DNA from: a virus
Taxonomy: Duplodnaviria; Caudoviricetes
Length of the DNA stretch: 62,958 bases
Direction: 5' to 3' (one strand)
IMG/VR virus record: IMGVR_UViG_3300044648_000169
Span: 1 to 62,958 of that record
Both the position numbers and the translations under genes were made by a program. Positions within the stretch are counted from its first letter, which is position 1. Every line of letters begins with the position of its first letter. Shown piece by piece: positions 16,444-26,191 of the stretch. A model generated the notes under the pieces. The model saw only the letters and a list, made by a program, of their open reading frames with translations. It ran no database searches and was not told the origin of the DNA.

Positions 16444-16483
16444 CTCTTCCGTCGCACCCAACTTCCCCGCCGGGGATGGTGCG

Positions 16484-16708
16484 ATGGGAGCAAGGGTCAT
16501 GCAGCACCACGCCTACACGCCATGGGAAGTGCAGATGCTCACCAGGGCGCAGCCGAGGCGCTTCCATGTTGCGCGGCAGGTCGAGGACGGAACGTGGTCC
16601 TCGCCGCACTGGGAGCAGATGCCGGCGGCCGATGGTGGCATCGCCAGGTTTGAAACCGCCGAAGAGGCCCGCGCTGCCATCGCCGCGGATGCCGGGGTCG
16701 CCGCATGA
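16484..16708 (+). CDS. hypothetical early protein
   Basis: First ORF after PL; RFETAEEARAAI. Confidence 0.55.
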   Translation: MGARVMQHHAYTPWEVQMLTRAQPRRFHVARQVEDGTWSSPHWEQMPAADGGIARFETAEEARAAIAADAGVAA

Positions 16709-16962
16709 CCTCCCTCCACATCAACGGCACCGAGTACCGCAAGGGCGAGCCTCCAGCGATCGGCTGGTGGCCGACCCTCACCGGTGAATCGGAGTTCCCC
16801 CTGATCCGCTGGTGGAACGGGATGTGTTGGTCGGTGGGCGCGAACGAAAAGCACGACAAGCACTACGCCGAGCGCTGCGCCCGCAGTCCCGCGCCGGTGC
16901 CAGACCGGCAGATCCACTGGGCCGACCGCCCGGCGCACTGGCCGGAATGGAGCCGCACGTGA
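16705..16962 (+). CDS. hypothetical Trp-rich protein
   Basis: GEPPAIGWWPT...RWWNG; coupled ORF. Confidence 0.6.
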   Translation: MTSLHINGTEYRKGEPPAIGWWPTLTGESEFPLIRWWNGMCWSVGANEKHDKHYAERCARSPAPVPDRQIHWADRPAHWPEWSRT

Positions 16963-17208
16963 AGCGCCTGCTCGGTTCCATCCTGCTGTCGTTCGTGCTC
17001 GGCAGCGTCGGCGCCCTGGTGCTCACCCGCTGGGCCGAGTGCTTCGACTGGGACCGGGCATGCCTGATCGAAGGCCCGCAATGACCCTCATCTGCCTCGC
17101 CGCCATTGCGGCCAACAGCCCAGGCCTGTGCCCCCTGTTGGCGGCATGGCAGGCGTGGGAAGAACAAACCCCGTTCACGTGGCTGACGCCACAACAAGGA
17201 GAGTGACC

Positions 17209-17934
17209 ATGGACGCGATAGACCCCCTGGCCGCCGCCGACGCGAGTTCGGCGGAAGGGCTGGTGATGTTCAGCGACTTTGCCTCGGACGACCCGCTGGC
17301 CAACTCGTTCGAACTGAAGTTCGGTGATGGCGAATTCGACTGCAGCGGCAGCAAAGCACTGCTGGCCCTCCGCGCATGCTTCCCGGCCCAAAACTGGGGC
17401 GCGCTCATCCTCCAGCGGTGCCTCATCTCCAACCCCACCGCTTCAGCGCTGCTCAATGAAGACGTGCTGAAGATCCGCCGCGTGATCGTTGAGGACTGGT
17501 GCGATGTCTTTGTGCGCGGGCCGCACATCCTGGACGTGATCCGCATTGACGCCGGCATCTACTCCGTCGATGGTTTCGCCAAGCTCGCGCGCTTCGCGTC
17601 GGCGCGCATCACGCTCGCCGACGAGGGACTGGCCGCACTGCAAGACGACCTCGCCGAGGCGCAGCGCCGCTTTGGTGCCGACCGCCTGAACAGCGCGGGC
17701 CATGCCATCGGCGCACTGGCTGGGCAGGAGTGGACGGCTGAAACCATCGCCGCCGCTGTTGCTCACCTCGAAATGCTGGAGCGCGATGGGCCGCCCTCAC
17801 GCGCGCCGCGCTGGCACATCGGCCCGTTCAGCGCCAGCGACTTCAACCTCCTCCCGGACCGCCCGGCCCCCGCCGGCATCGCCTCCTGTGCCTCGATGAC
17901 CCACAAGCTGGGCGGCTGGGGGGTGCAGTCATGA
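17209..17934 (+). CDS. hypothetical protein
   Basis: AAGGAG RBS; 241 aa. Confidence 0.65.
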   Translation: MDAIDPLAAADASSAEGLVMFSDFASDDPLANSFELKFGDGEFDCSGSKALLALRACFPAQNWGALILQRCLISNPTASALLNEDVLKIRRVIVEDWCDVFVRGPHILDVIRIDAGIYSVDGFAKLARFASARITLADEGLAALQDDLAEAQRRFGADRLNSAGHAIGALAGQEWTAETIAAAVAHLEMLERDGPPSRAPRWHIGPFSASDFNLLPDRPAPAGIASCASMTHKLGGWGVQS

Positions 17935-18158
17935 ACACCACCGAAACCATCGAACTCCTGCGCGAAGCCTCGAAGTTCGTCCAGGCCCAGGTCCGCACCT
18001 ACATCGGCGACGAGGGCGAGCCCACCGAGTATTCGGAGTGGGACGTGGAAGCGCACGAACTGGCCTGCAAGCTGGCCTGCGAGGCCGACCGCCTGGAGCG
18101 CGAGGCCATCCCCGAACAGACGGTGCATGCCGTTCAACCGGTGCGGATGGCGGCATGA
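17931..18158 (+). CDS. hypothetical protein
   Basis: ATGA-coupled ORF. Confidence 0.6.
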   Translation: MNTTETIELLREASKFVQAQVRTYIGDEGEPTEYSEWDVEAHELACKLACEADRLEREAIPEQTVHAVQPVRMAA

Positions 18159-18400
18159 ACCGCGTCCTCGCCTTCCTGCTGCACTGGCTGCGCACGGGCC
18201 TGCTGACCGCGATCCTGGCGGTGCTGTTCGCCTACACGATCGGCAGCGCCCGGGCCTGCGAGGAAGTCCCGGCCTTCTGCCCATTCCAGGGCACGACCGA
18301 CCCCGCGCCGCGCGATCAGGGGTCGCGCATGGCAACGGACACATCTCAACGCAAAGCGAAGGACCCGGCGGATAGTGCACCGCCGGTTTCCAAGGAGTAG
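18155..18400 (+). CDS. small membrane protein
   Basis: MNRVLAFLLHWL hydrophobic segment. Confidence 0.5.
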   Translation: MNRVLAFLLHWLRTGLLTAILAVLFAYTIGSARACEEVPAFCPFQGTTDPAPRDQGSRMATDTSQRKAKDPADSAPPVSKE

Positions 18401-18405
18401 TACCC

Positions 18406-18768
18406 ATGGGCAACGTCTTCAGCATCACCCGGCCTCTGCGCGAGGAAGACCTGGACGAACGCCTGCGCCTGCTGGGCGTCGAGCCCCGGGCCGCCGCGCT
18501 CTACGTCACCGGCCACGGCGACCTGTCGCTGAAAGAGGCTGAAGACCTGGTGGCTGACGACCTCGCCATTGCCCAAGCCTTCACCGGTCACTACGGACTC
18601 GGCTGCATGGAGTCCGCCACCTTCGACGCCATGGACGCCGCGATGGCTGCTGGCCTGACGTGCGCCGACATCGACGTGGATTTCCACGAACCCATCTTCG
18701 TGTCCAACGGGCTGCTGGCACGTGCCGGCAGGGCCTGGGATGCCTTCATGCGCTGGGTGCGCTCCTGA
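18406..18768 (+). CDS. hypothetical protein
   Basis: AAGGAG RBS; 120 aa. Confidence 0.6.
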   Translation: MGNVFSITRPLREEDLDERLRLLGVEPRAAALYVTGHGDLSLKEAEDLVADDLAIAQAFTGHYGLGCMESATFDAMDAAMAAGLTCADIDVDFHEPIFVSNGLLARAGRAWDAFMRWVRS

Positions 18769-18804
18769 CGCGCCTGAGCCCCGACTGACCAACTGGAGCA
18801 AAAC

Positions 18805-19593
18805 GTGAACGCTGTAGTGGAGAGAAGCGGATACGAGCTGGGCCACCAACAGGCCTTTAGCTTGGCGCCGCGCAACCTGGAAGAGGCCTTCCGCCTTGCC
18901 GACATGCTGGCCGATTCCGACCTGGTACCCAAGGACTTCAAAGGCAAGCCGGGCAACGTGATGATCGCCATGCAGTGGGGCATGGAGGTGGGGCTGAAGC
19001 CGTTGCAGGCCCTGCAAAACATCGCGGTCATCAACGGCCGGCCCTCGATGTGGGGTGACGCGGTGCTGGCCATCGTCCGCGCCTCGCCTCTGTGTGAGTA
19101 CGTGCTGGAAGAAGAGGACGGCAGCGGCACGGCCATCTGCCGCGCCAAGCGCCGTGGCGAGCCTGAGCAGGTCCGCACCTTCTCCAACAGCGACGCCAAG
19201 ACCGCCGGCCTGCAGGGCAAGTCAGGCCCGTGGACCACCAACCCCAAGCGCATGAAGCAGATGCGCGCCCGGTCGTTCGCCCTACGCGACGTCTTCGCCG
19301 ACGTGCTCAAGGGCATGGATGTGACCGAGGTGGTGATGGACCTGCCGCCGCTGGACCAGCCGGCTGCGCAGAAGCCCGCCGCAACGCCGGTGCCCGACGC
19401 CCTGCTGCACCAGGCGCAGGAAGCCGCCGGCAAGGGCGAGGCCGCCTACCAGGCGTTCTGGCAGGCCATCGGCAAGGACAGCCGGCACCTGCTGGGCGCA
19501 CACCACGCCGACCTCAAGCTGAAGGCGCAGCAGGCCGACGCCGCGCGCACGGTGGAGGCCGACCAACAACCCGCAGCAGGAGAGCAGCAATGA
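18805..19593 (+). CDS. RecT-like single-strand annealing recombinase
   Basis: LVPKDFKGKPGN...GLKPLQALQNIAVINGRPSMWG...RARSFALRDVF. Confidence 0.85.
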   Translation: MNAVVERSGYELGHQQAFSLAPRNLEEAFRLADMLADSDLVPKDFKGKPGNVMIAMQWGMEVGLKPLQALQNIAVINGRPSMWGDAVLAIVRASPLCEYVLEEEDGSGTAICRAKRRGEPEQVRTFSNSDAKTAGLQGKSGPWTTNPKRMKQMRARSFALRDVFADVLKGMDVTEVVMDLPPLDQPAAQKPAATPVPDALLHQAQEAAGKGEAAYQAFWQAIGKDSRHLLGAHHADLKLKAQQADAARTVEADQQPAAGEQQ

Positions 19594-20297
19594 TCCAGTT
19601 CGACGAATCCCCCCAGGGCAGCGAGGCGTGGCTGGCCGCGCGCCGTGGTGCGATCACCGGCAGCCGGGCCAAGGACACGCGCGCCTTCAAGAAGAACGGC
19701 GAATCGACCTCGGAGCGGCTGGCCTACGCCATGGACAAGGCCCGCGAGCGCCTGGGCGGCATGGCGGCGCCGGTGTTCCAGAACGCCGCCATGCGGATCG
19801 GCACCACCGAGGAACCAGAGGCCCGCAAGCGCTACGAGTTCGACACCGGCTACCTCGTGCGTGAAGTCGGCTTCGCCTACACCGAAGATCACAAGTTCGG
19901 CTGCAGCGTGGACGGCCTCATCGGCGATGACGGGGTGTGGGAGTGCAAGACGATGGTCAGCAGCAACACGCTGTTCAAGGCCATGGTCGATGGCGACATC
20001 AGCGACTATCGCGACCAATGCCTGTTCGCAATGTGGCTGCTGAACCGCAAGTGGGTCGACCTCACGCTGTGGTGCCCGGACCTCCAGGCCCTGCACGTCA
20101 TCCGCATCCAGCGCGACGAGGACGAGATCCAGAAGCTGGAAGACGACCTCGTGACCTTCGAGCGGCTGGTGAGCGGCTACGAATCGGCGCTGCGGGCCAA
20201 GTTGTCGCCGCCGGCCGACCCGCCCTGGCAAACCGAGGCCCCTTCCCCCACCACCCAGGCCCAGCCCCTTCCGGCTGGTGCGGAGCTTTTCGCATGA
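19590..20297 (+). CDS. YqaJ/lambda-exonuclease
   Basis: QGSEAWLAARRGAITGS...GCSVDGL...ECK. Confidence 0.9.
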   Translation: MIQFDESPQGSEAWLAARRGAITGSRAKDTRAFKKNGESTSERLAYAMDKARERLGGMAAPVFQNAAMRIGTTEEPEARKRYEFDTGYLVREVGFAYTEDHKFGCSVDGLIGDDGVWECKTMVSSNTLFKAMVDGDISDYRDQCLFAMWLLNRKWVDLTLWCPDLQALHVIRIQRDEDEIQKLEDDLVTFERLVSGYESALRAKLSPPADPPWQTEAPSPTTQAQPLPAGAELFA

Positions 20298-20635
20298 ACC
20301 AACTGTCCTGGTTTCTGTACTTTGCCGATGTGGTCAGCGGCCTCGGGCTAACGCTGGGCATGCTCAGTTTCGTTTGCCTCTTCGCTGGCTTGGTTTGGCT
20401 CGCGATCCGCGTTGAGACGGAGCAAGCGCGCCCGTTGATTCTTCCGATACGGTTGCTCATTGCCGCCTTCCCGGTCGGACTCCTGTTGGCCAACGTGATT
20501 CCTGGCAAGAACACCATGTACGCCATCGCGGCGTCGGAGCTGGGCGAGCAGGTGGTGACGTCCGACACCGGCAAGAAGGTCGCTTCCGCCCTTGAGGCAT
20601 GGCTTGACAAGCAACTGGAAGGGGTGGGGAAATGA
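20294..20635 (+). CDS. membrane protein
   Basis: Two hydrophobic segments; MNQLSWFLYFADV. Confidence 0.65.
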   Translation: MNQLSWFLYFADVVSGLGLTLGMLSFVCLFAGLVWLAIRVETEQARPLILPIRLLIAAFPVGLLLANVIPGKNTMYAIAASELGEQVVTSDTGKKVASALEAWLDKQLEGVGK

Positions 20636-21912
20636 GCGAAGTCGCCGAAGCCCCCGAAGTCCTTGACCACGCGGAAGTCAAGGACGGCAAACCCATCGTG
20701 GCCTACAGCCGCACCGAGGTGGCGCTGGCGGACCTGACCGCGCGCTACAAGGGCGCCACCTTCGACCTGACCACGACGAAGGGCGACAAGGCGGCCCGGG
20801 CAGCGCGGCATGAGTTGGTGACGCTGCGCACCGCGCTGGAGAAGAAGCGCAAGGAGTTCAAAGCCCCGGCCCTGGAGTTCGGCAGGCTGATCGACGCCGA
20901 GGCCAAGCGCATCGAGGCCCAGGTACTGGCGCTGGAAGGCCCGATCGACGCCCAGATCAAGGCCGACGAGGAACGCCGCGAGCGCGAGGCCGAAGCCAAG
21001 CGCCAGGCCGAAGCCGCCCGGGTGCAGAAGCACCGGGACGCCATCGCCGCCATTCGGGCCTACATCGGCTTCGCCAAGGGCCTGCCGGCCGCCCGCATCC
21101 AACTCGGCATCGACCGCCTGGAGCCGATGCTTGTCGCCGAGCCCGAGGAATTCGCACCCGAGTACGAGGCAGCGAAGGCCGAAACCCTCGCCACCCTGCG
21201 CACCATGCACGCAGAAGCGGCGGCCCGAGAGGCCGAAGCCGCCCGCCTGGAAGCCCAGCGCGCCGAGCAAGCCCGCATCGCGGCCGAGCAGGCAGCAGAA
21301 GCCAAGCGGATCGCCGACGAGAAGGCCGAGCTTGCGCGGCAGCGGGCGGAACTGGAGGCGCAGCAGGCGGCCATTGCGGCGGCGGCCGAGGACGCGACGG
21401 GCGCGCGCTTGCAGGCCGCAGCGGCAAGCCAGTTTGAGGCCAATCAGCAAGCGATCGCCTGGGCACAGCAGAAGGCGGTCAACGCGGCGCCTGGTGAGTC
21501 AGGGTGGGGCAGCGTGCGCAACTTCAGCCCATCCCCGCACGCCCTGCAGCAAGGCTTCCCCTGCGACACCGCCCCGTTCGCCAGCACGCTGACCAAGGCG
21601 ATCCAGTCTGCACAGACCGAGCGCGCCAGCAGCGCCGCATGGCTGAAGCAGGCCAACGAGTGCTTCGCCGAGGTGGCGCACCAAAGCGAAAACTACGAGC
21701 CCGGCTTGAAGGGTTGGCGCCTTGATGGAGACGGCGCGCTGAGCGTTGTGATTGGCCCCGACATCGAAGACCTCTGCCACGCCCTCCTTGACCACATCGC
21801 CAAGGCCTGGGGCAACCGTTTCCCCACCCAGCCCCACATGGCCCCGGCCTGGTGGGCAGACCTGAGAGCCAAGTCCGACGCGCTGAAGGCGCTGCTGGAC
21901 GACGAGGCTTGA
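20632..21912 (+). CDS. coiled-coil protein (DUF1351-like N-terminus)
   Basis: LRTALEKKRKEFKAPALEFGRLIDAEAKRI. Confidence 0.7.
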   Translation: MSEVAEAPEVLDHAEVKDGKPIVAYSRTEVALADLTARYKGATFDLTTTKGDKAARAARHELVTLRTALEKKRKEFKAPALEFGRLIDAEAKRIEAQVLALEGPIDAQIKADEERREREAEAKRQAEAARVQKHRDAIAAIRAYIGFAKGLPAARIQLGIDRLEPMLVAEPEEFAPEYEAAKAETLATLRTMHAEAAAREAEAARLEAQRAEQARIAAEQAAEAKRIADEKAELARQRAELEAQQAAIAAAAEDATGARLQAAAASQFEANQQAIAWAQQKAVNAAPGESGWGSVRNFSPSPHALQQGFPCDTAPFASTLTKAIQSAQTERASSAAWLKQANECFAEVAHQSENYEPGLKGWRLDGDGALSVVIGPDIEDLCHALLDHIAKAWGNRFPTQPHMAPAWWADLRAKSDALKALLDDEA

Positions 21913-21933
21913 GCACCAACTGAAGGAACGACC

Positions 21934-22467
21934 ATGGGACTTGACGTTACCGCCTACAAGGGCCTGAAGAAGCTTGACGCCGTGTTTGATGCCGGCGGCG
22001 AACCCATCGACCCAGTGACGCGAGAGCCACTGGACAACGTGATGATCGCGTTCGACAACGGGGACTTTCCTGGTCGGGCGGCTGGACTGGAAGACCGCGG
22101 CGTCTACAGCTACGAAGATGCCGAAGGGTTCTGGTCGGGCGGGTACGGACGCTACAACCACTGGCGCGAAGGACTGGCGAAGCTGGCCGGCTACCCACTG
22201 ACCGAATACCAGGGCAGTTTCGGTGGAGCCCAGAAGGCGCATGCCGCCGCCTGCTGGCAGGGCGCCGCCGGCCCCTTCTCAGAACTCATCAACTTCACCG
22301 ACTGTGACGGGACCATCGGCCCCGAGGTGGCCGCCAAGCTGGCGCGCGACTTCGCGGAATGGGACGAGCGCGCACAAGCCATCGGCGGCGAGTGGTACGA
22401 GGCCTACGCCGAGTGGCGCAGTTGCTTCGAGTTCGCCGCTCACACGGGCGCCGTGCGATTTCACTGA
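21934..22467 (+). CDS. conserved hypothetical phage protein
   Basis: MGLDV...LINFTDCDGTIGP. Confidence 0.7.
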   Translation: MGLDVTAYKGLKKLDAVFDAGGEPIDPVTREPLDNVMIAFDNGDFPGRAAGLEDRGVYSYEDAEGFWSGGYGRYNHWREGLAKLAGYPLTEYQGSFGGAQKAHAAACWQGAAGPFSELINFTDCDGTIGPEVAAKLARDFAEWDERAQAIGGEWYEAYAEWRSCFEFAAHTGAVRFH

Positions 22468-22582
22468 TCCCCCGGGCCACCGGCAGTCGCTTTCGCGCTG
22501 GGCGGGTTCGCTCACCCGTAGCTCCACCAACATCCCAGCGGCTCGCGTTTCCCGGTGGCCCACCTTCTACTGAAAGGCTGAC

Positions 22583-23203
22583 ATGACCGAATCGACCAAG
22601 CGGAAGACGCTGATGGATCTGCACCGCGCCGCACTCGACGCGCATGTGGCGTACCTCATGGAGTCAGGGACCGAAGAGGCAGCGCAGGAAGCCAGCCGCA
22701 AGTTTGAATCGGCGCTGGAAGGGGCGGTGTTGGTGTCAGAGGAATACGACCGGCTGATTCGTCACATGGATGCAGGCGGCGATTTCTACGCTTTCCAGAT
22801 GTTGATGCACCAGGAGTTTCAAGCCGCCGGGCGTGTCGCTGCATCAGGCAAGCCATCCCTGGAAGCACTGCTGGATCGGTTCTCGGGCTGGGACGGGCCG
22901 GAGGCTCATGGGCCAACCGAGCCACGCGCCATGACGCGAGAAATGGCAGAACGCGCCCAGGCGATGAGTGACCCGATGCACACGCACGCCGCCGCGCCAG
23001 ACTGCTCTCCCAACGTGCTGGCCGGCGATGGACGAATCCACGGTCTGAGCATCACGCCGGGGCCGCCTGGTAACTACCTGCGCTACCAGTGCGACCGCTG
23101 CGGGAACATCGTGCTGGAAGGCGACGGATTCGTGGCGGCGCTCGCCAAGTCGTTCACATGCAAGTGCGGCGGCAGGCCTGTGCTGCTCAACGAGAAGGAC
23201 TGA
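22583..23203 (+). CDS. hypothetical protein
   Basis: 206 aa with C-terminal Zn ribbon. Confidence 0.55.
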   Translation: MTESTKRKTLMDLHRAALDAHVAYLMESGTEEAAQEASRKFESALEGAVLVSEEYDRLIRHMDAGGDFYAFQMLMHQEFQAAGRVAASGKPSLEALLDRFSGWDGPEAHGPTEPRAMTREMAERAQAMSDPMHTHAAAPDCSPNVLAGDGRIHGLSITPGPPGNYLRYQCDRCGNIVLEGDGFVAALAKSFTCKCGGRPVLLNEKD

Positions 23204-23204
23204 T

Positions 23205-23411
23205 ATGACCAACACACCGAAGTGCGACACGCCCGACCAGTGCCGAATCCAAGACGACGGCCCGAGTTGGACCACCTGCGTCTACTACCCGCCGGTTCTA
23301 GACGGCCACGGCAACAACCTGAACCCGGACGGCAACAGCCACCATCATCCAGTGCAGTGCAGCACCTGCGGGCGCAAGTGGGACGCGGGCGCACCGGAAT
23401 CGAAGGCCTGA
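23205..23411 (+). CDS. small Cys-rich protein
   Basis: YYPPVLDGHGNNLNPDGN...CSTCGRKW. Confidence 0.6.
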   Translation: MTNTPKCDTPDQCRIQDDGPSWTTCVYYPPVLDGHGNNLNPDGNSHHHPVQCSTCGRKWDAGAPESKA

Positions 23412-23412
23412 C

Positions 23413-23652
23413 ATGAGCGCCCAGCCCCCCACCACCGAAGAGAAGATCGTCCAGCTCATCGACGAGTTGAACGACCTGTGCGACCTCTGGCGCAAGCACC
23501 GCTGCCGCGCGGTGACGCCCACCAGCATCCAGGTTGCCATCATCAACCTGGCGCACGACCTCTCGGCGCTGGAGGGGCTGCGGCGCCACTCCATCGGCTG
23601 CTGCCGGCCGGACGACACCGACACGCTTTTGTCAGAGGGAATGCGGCGTTAG
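23413..23652 (+). CDS. hypothetical protein
   Basis: Last ORF of the early plus-strand operon. Confidence 0.5.
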   Translation: MSAQPPTTEEKIVQLIDELNDLCDLWRKHRCRAVTPTSIQVAIINLAHDLSALEGLRRHSIGCCRPDDTDTLLSEGMRR

Positions 23653-23688
23653 GAGGTATTGAGCAACGCAGCGCGGCTGTAAACTGTC

Positions 23689-23718
23689 TTTACTTTCCGT
23701 TGCCATCCGCTGCATAAT
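23689..23718 (+). promoter_or_regulatory. putative late promoter (pR'-like)
   Basis: TTTACT-18-CATAAT upstream of a terminator and the holin. Confidence 0.55.
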
Positions 23719-23807
23719 CCAACGCAGCACAAAGCCGCCGGACAGAAAGCACCGGCCAATAGAAACAGAGCGACCCTTTCCGTGATGGAAAGGTGTCACT
23801 GCACCAG

Positions 23808-23840
23808 AAGCCCGCCAGCACCCGCTCGGCGGGCTTTTTC
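23808..23840 (+). terminator. tR'-like terminator
   Basis: aagcccgcc/ggcgggctt stem with T-tract. Confidence 0.75.
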
Positions 23841-23853
23841 GTTGGGAGCCCCG

Positions 23854-24264
23854 ATGAACCGACTGCTGGCCGCCATCGTGGCTTTCTTCCCTGTCATGGG
23901 CCACGCGGCCGACGCCTCTTCACTCGATGTGGCGCTGCGCCAGTACGGCTTCATGCTGAGCGTTGCACTCCTGGGGGGCCTTGTGTCGTGGATTCACAAA
24001 GTCCGCACCGGCAAGGCGCGGGCCTACAACGTGATGGGCCTGATCGGCGAGTTGGCCACCAGCGCCTTCGCCGGCCTGATCGCCTACTGGCTGTGCCAAT
24101 GGGCCAACACCCCCGAGCCGCTGATGGCGGCCCTGGTCGGGGTGTCGGGGCACATGGGCACGCGGGCGATCGACAAATTCGAGGGCTGGGCGGAAAACCG
24201 CTTCGGCTCCCTGGTTGGGGCAGACATGCCGCCGCCAGTCGACACACAGGAGAAGGCCCCGTGA
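23854..24264 (+). CDS. holin (LydA-like)
   Basis: Several TM segments, GELATSAFAGL...GHMGTRAI; precedes the endolysin. Confidence 0.85.
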   Translation: MNRLLAAIVAFFPVMGHAADASSLDVALRQYGFMLSVALLGGLVSWIHKVRTGKARAYNVMGLIGELATSAFAGLIAYWLCQWANTPEPLMAALVGVSGHMGTRAIDKFEGWAENRFGSLVGADMPPPVDTQEKAP

Positions 24265-24701
24265 CCGACAACCTCAAGCGCCAGTTGAAGGGTGACGAGG
24301 GCGTGAAGCGCTCGGCCTACCAGGACCACCTGGGCTTTTGGACTGTGGGCGTGGGCCGGCTGATCGACGCGCGCAAGGGTGGCGGCCTGCGGCCGGTGGA
24401 GATCGACTTCCTCCTGCAGAACGACATCGAGGACCGCATCAACGCCCTGAAGGCGAAGCTGCCCTGGTTCTTCACCTTGGACGAGGCCCGACAGGGGGTG
24501 CTGCTGAACATGGCATTCCAGCTGGGCACCGATGGCCTGATGGCCTTCGCCAACACCCTGAAGCTGGTGGCCGCGGGCAAGTACGCCGAGGCGGCCGACA
24601 ACATGCTGCTGAGCCTGTGGGCCAGGCAAACCCCGGCCCGCGCCAAGCGCCTGGCCGAACAGATGCGAACCGGCGAGTGGCAGTACGCCCCGGGCGCATG
24701 A
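24261..24701 (+). CDS. endolysin (T4-lysozyme-like)
   Basis: DEG...YQDHLGFWTVGVGR; LLNMAFQLG; WARQTPARA. Confidence 0.9.
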   Translation: MTDNLKRQLKGDEGVKRSAYQDHLGFWTVGVGRLIDARKGGGLRPVEIDFLLQNDIEDRINALKAKLPWFFTLDEARQGVLLNMAFQLGTDGLMAFANTLKLVAAGKYAEAADNMLLSLWARQTPARAKRLAEQMRTGEWQYAPGA

Positions 24702-24881
24702 CATGGACCAACCCCCACCCGTGTGGCTGGTGGTCCCCGGCAGAGGCCAGCCTGCGGCCTTCGTAGACCACGGCCGGGCCATCGACTACGCGGCCAAGTG
24801 CCATGGCGTGCTGGTGCCCTACGGGCCCCTGGCGCCTGTTCCCCCGATCAACCCCGCCCCGGTTGGGCGGTAGGAGCGCAG

Positions 24882-25088
24882 ATGCTTGACGCCGATCCGG
24901 CCAAGTTGGTCAAGACGGGCAAGGTGACGATCGACGCCACCGGCGTGACTGTGGAGGGGTTCAAGGGCGAGAACGCGAGCTGCCGTGACGTGGCCGCGCT
25001 TGCCGCGCTGTGGGCCATTGGTGAACTGCAGCGCGAACTGCTGGCCACGATGCAGCGGCCCGGCGGCGGAAAGATCGGGGTGGGTTGA
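24882..25088 (+). CDS. hypothetical protein
   Basis: AGGAG RBS; 68 aa. Confidence 0.5.
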   Translation: MLDADPAKLVKTGKVTIDATGVTVEGFKGENASCRDVAALAALWAIGELQRELLATMQRPGGGKIGVG

Positions 25089-25300
25089 TGCTGAGCCTGA
25101 TCGCCCGCATCCGCCCGGACGTGATCCGCATCCCCCTGCTGACGCTGGCGATGCCGCTGCACGTCCTGCACTACCTGCTGTGCGGCCTGCTGCCGGTGAA
25201 GTGGGGCGGACACCCTGACAAGTCCCGCCTGTTCGAGGCCGACCACTACCGCCTGCTGTGGTCCATCTACCTGGCGGTCTGCGCCGGGCCGCTGCGGTGA
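25088..25300 (+). CDS. small hydrophobic protein
   Basis: Coupled ORF within the lysis cassette. Confidence 0.5.
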   Translation: MLSLIARIRPDVIRIPLLTLAMPLHVLHYLLCGLLPVKWGGHPDKSRLFEADHYRLLWSIYLAVCAGPLR

Positions 25301-25737
25301 ACCTGACGCTGATGGTTGGCGCTGGCGCGCTGGTCAGCGGATTCCTCGCAGGCAGCTTCTGGGTCAACGCCCAATGGGACCGCGAGAAGCTGGCCCAGAC
25401 CGAGCAACTGGCCGCGGCGCAAGCCAAGGCGATGGAAGACAGCCGCCGGGTGGCTGTGGCGCAACGCGCGAAGGACAACGCCTATGAAGTCCAGATCCGT
25501 GGCATTGGTGGCCGCCTCGCTGATGCTCTTGAGCGCCTGCGCAAGCGCCCCGAGCGTTTGCCCGAGCCCGCCCGAGCCGCCTGCGCCGGTGCCACTGGGT
25601 CCGAGCTTTCAGGACGAGATGCAGCGTTTCTTGAACGGCTCGCTGCCCGAGCAGATGAGCTACGAGCTGCGCTTGCCCGCTGCCAGGGAAACCAGATCGA
25701 GGGACAGCCTCAACCGACAGGACAGGTGACACCATGA
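25297..25737 (+). CDS. i-spanin (Rz-like)
   Basis: N-terminal TM plus coiled coil; LAARADELRAALARCQ. Confidence 0.8.
   Translation: MNLTLMVGAGALVSGFLAGSFWVNAQWDREKLAQTEQLAAAQAKAMEDSRRVAVAQRAKDNAYEVQIRGIGGRLADALERLRKRPERLPEPARAACAGATGSELSGRDAAFLERLAARADELRAALARCQGNQIEGQPQPTGQVTP
25484..25729 (+). CDS. o-spanin (Rz1-like), embedded in Rz
   Basis: Lipobox LLSAC followed by a Pro-rich segment, +1 frame. Confidence 0.75.
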   Translation: MKSRSVALVAASLMLLSACASAPSVCPSPPEPPAPVPLGPSFQDEMQRFLNGSLPEQMSYELRLPAARETRSRDSLNRQDR

Positions 25738-25916
25738 AATTCCAGGTCTACCGCCCTGCCGGCGAAGCCAAGTGGGTTGACGACGAGGGCCGGCGCTGGG
25801 TCGGCTTCGAGACCATCAAGCCCGTGGGCATCATCGAGGCCGCCGATTTCCAGCAGGCCTTTGCCCAGGCCAAGTCCTGGCGCGACCCGGCTCCAATCCT
25901 GGAGCCCGTGGCGTGA
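25734..25916 (+). CDS. hypothetical protein
   Basis: Coupled ORF. Confidence 0.5.
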   Translation: MKFQVYRPAGEAKWVDDEGRRWVGFETIKPVGIIEAADFQQAFAQAKSWRDPAPILEPVA

Positions 25917-26191
25917 CCACTGCCAACCCGCCGCCTATCGTGATGGTGGAGTGGGAAGACGCCAAGGTCGTGGACCAAGGCGCCGTGTGGGTCGAGAACG
26001 AGCCAGCGGACTACGCGCCGCACCTGGTCACCTCGGTGGGCTTCCTGGTGCTTGACGCACCCGAAGGCATCCAGCTCACCCAGGCCTGGAACCCGAAACT
26101 CATCGCGGCGCGCGACCAAATTCCCCGCGCGATGATCCGCAGCATCACAGCGCTGGGGCCGGCGCAGCGGGGCCGCGGGAGCAAAGCGTGA
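25913..26191 (+). CDS. hypothetical phage protein
   Basis: VMVEWEDA...SVGFLV...IPRAMIRSI pattern. Confidence 0.65.
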   Translation: MTTANPPPIVMVEWEDAKVVDQGAVWVENEPADYAPHLVTSVGFLVLDAPEGIQLTQAWNPKLIAARDQIPRAMIRSITALGPAQRGRGSKA

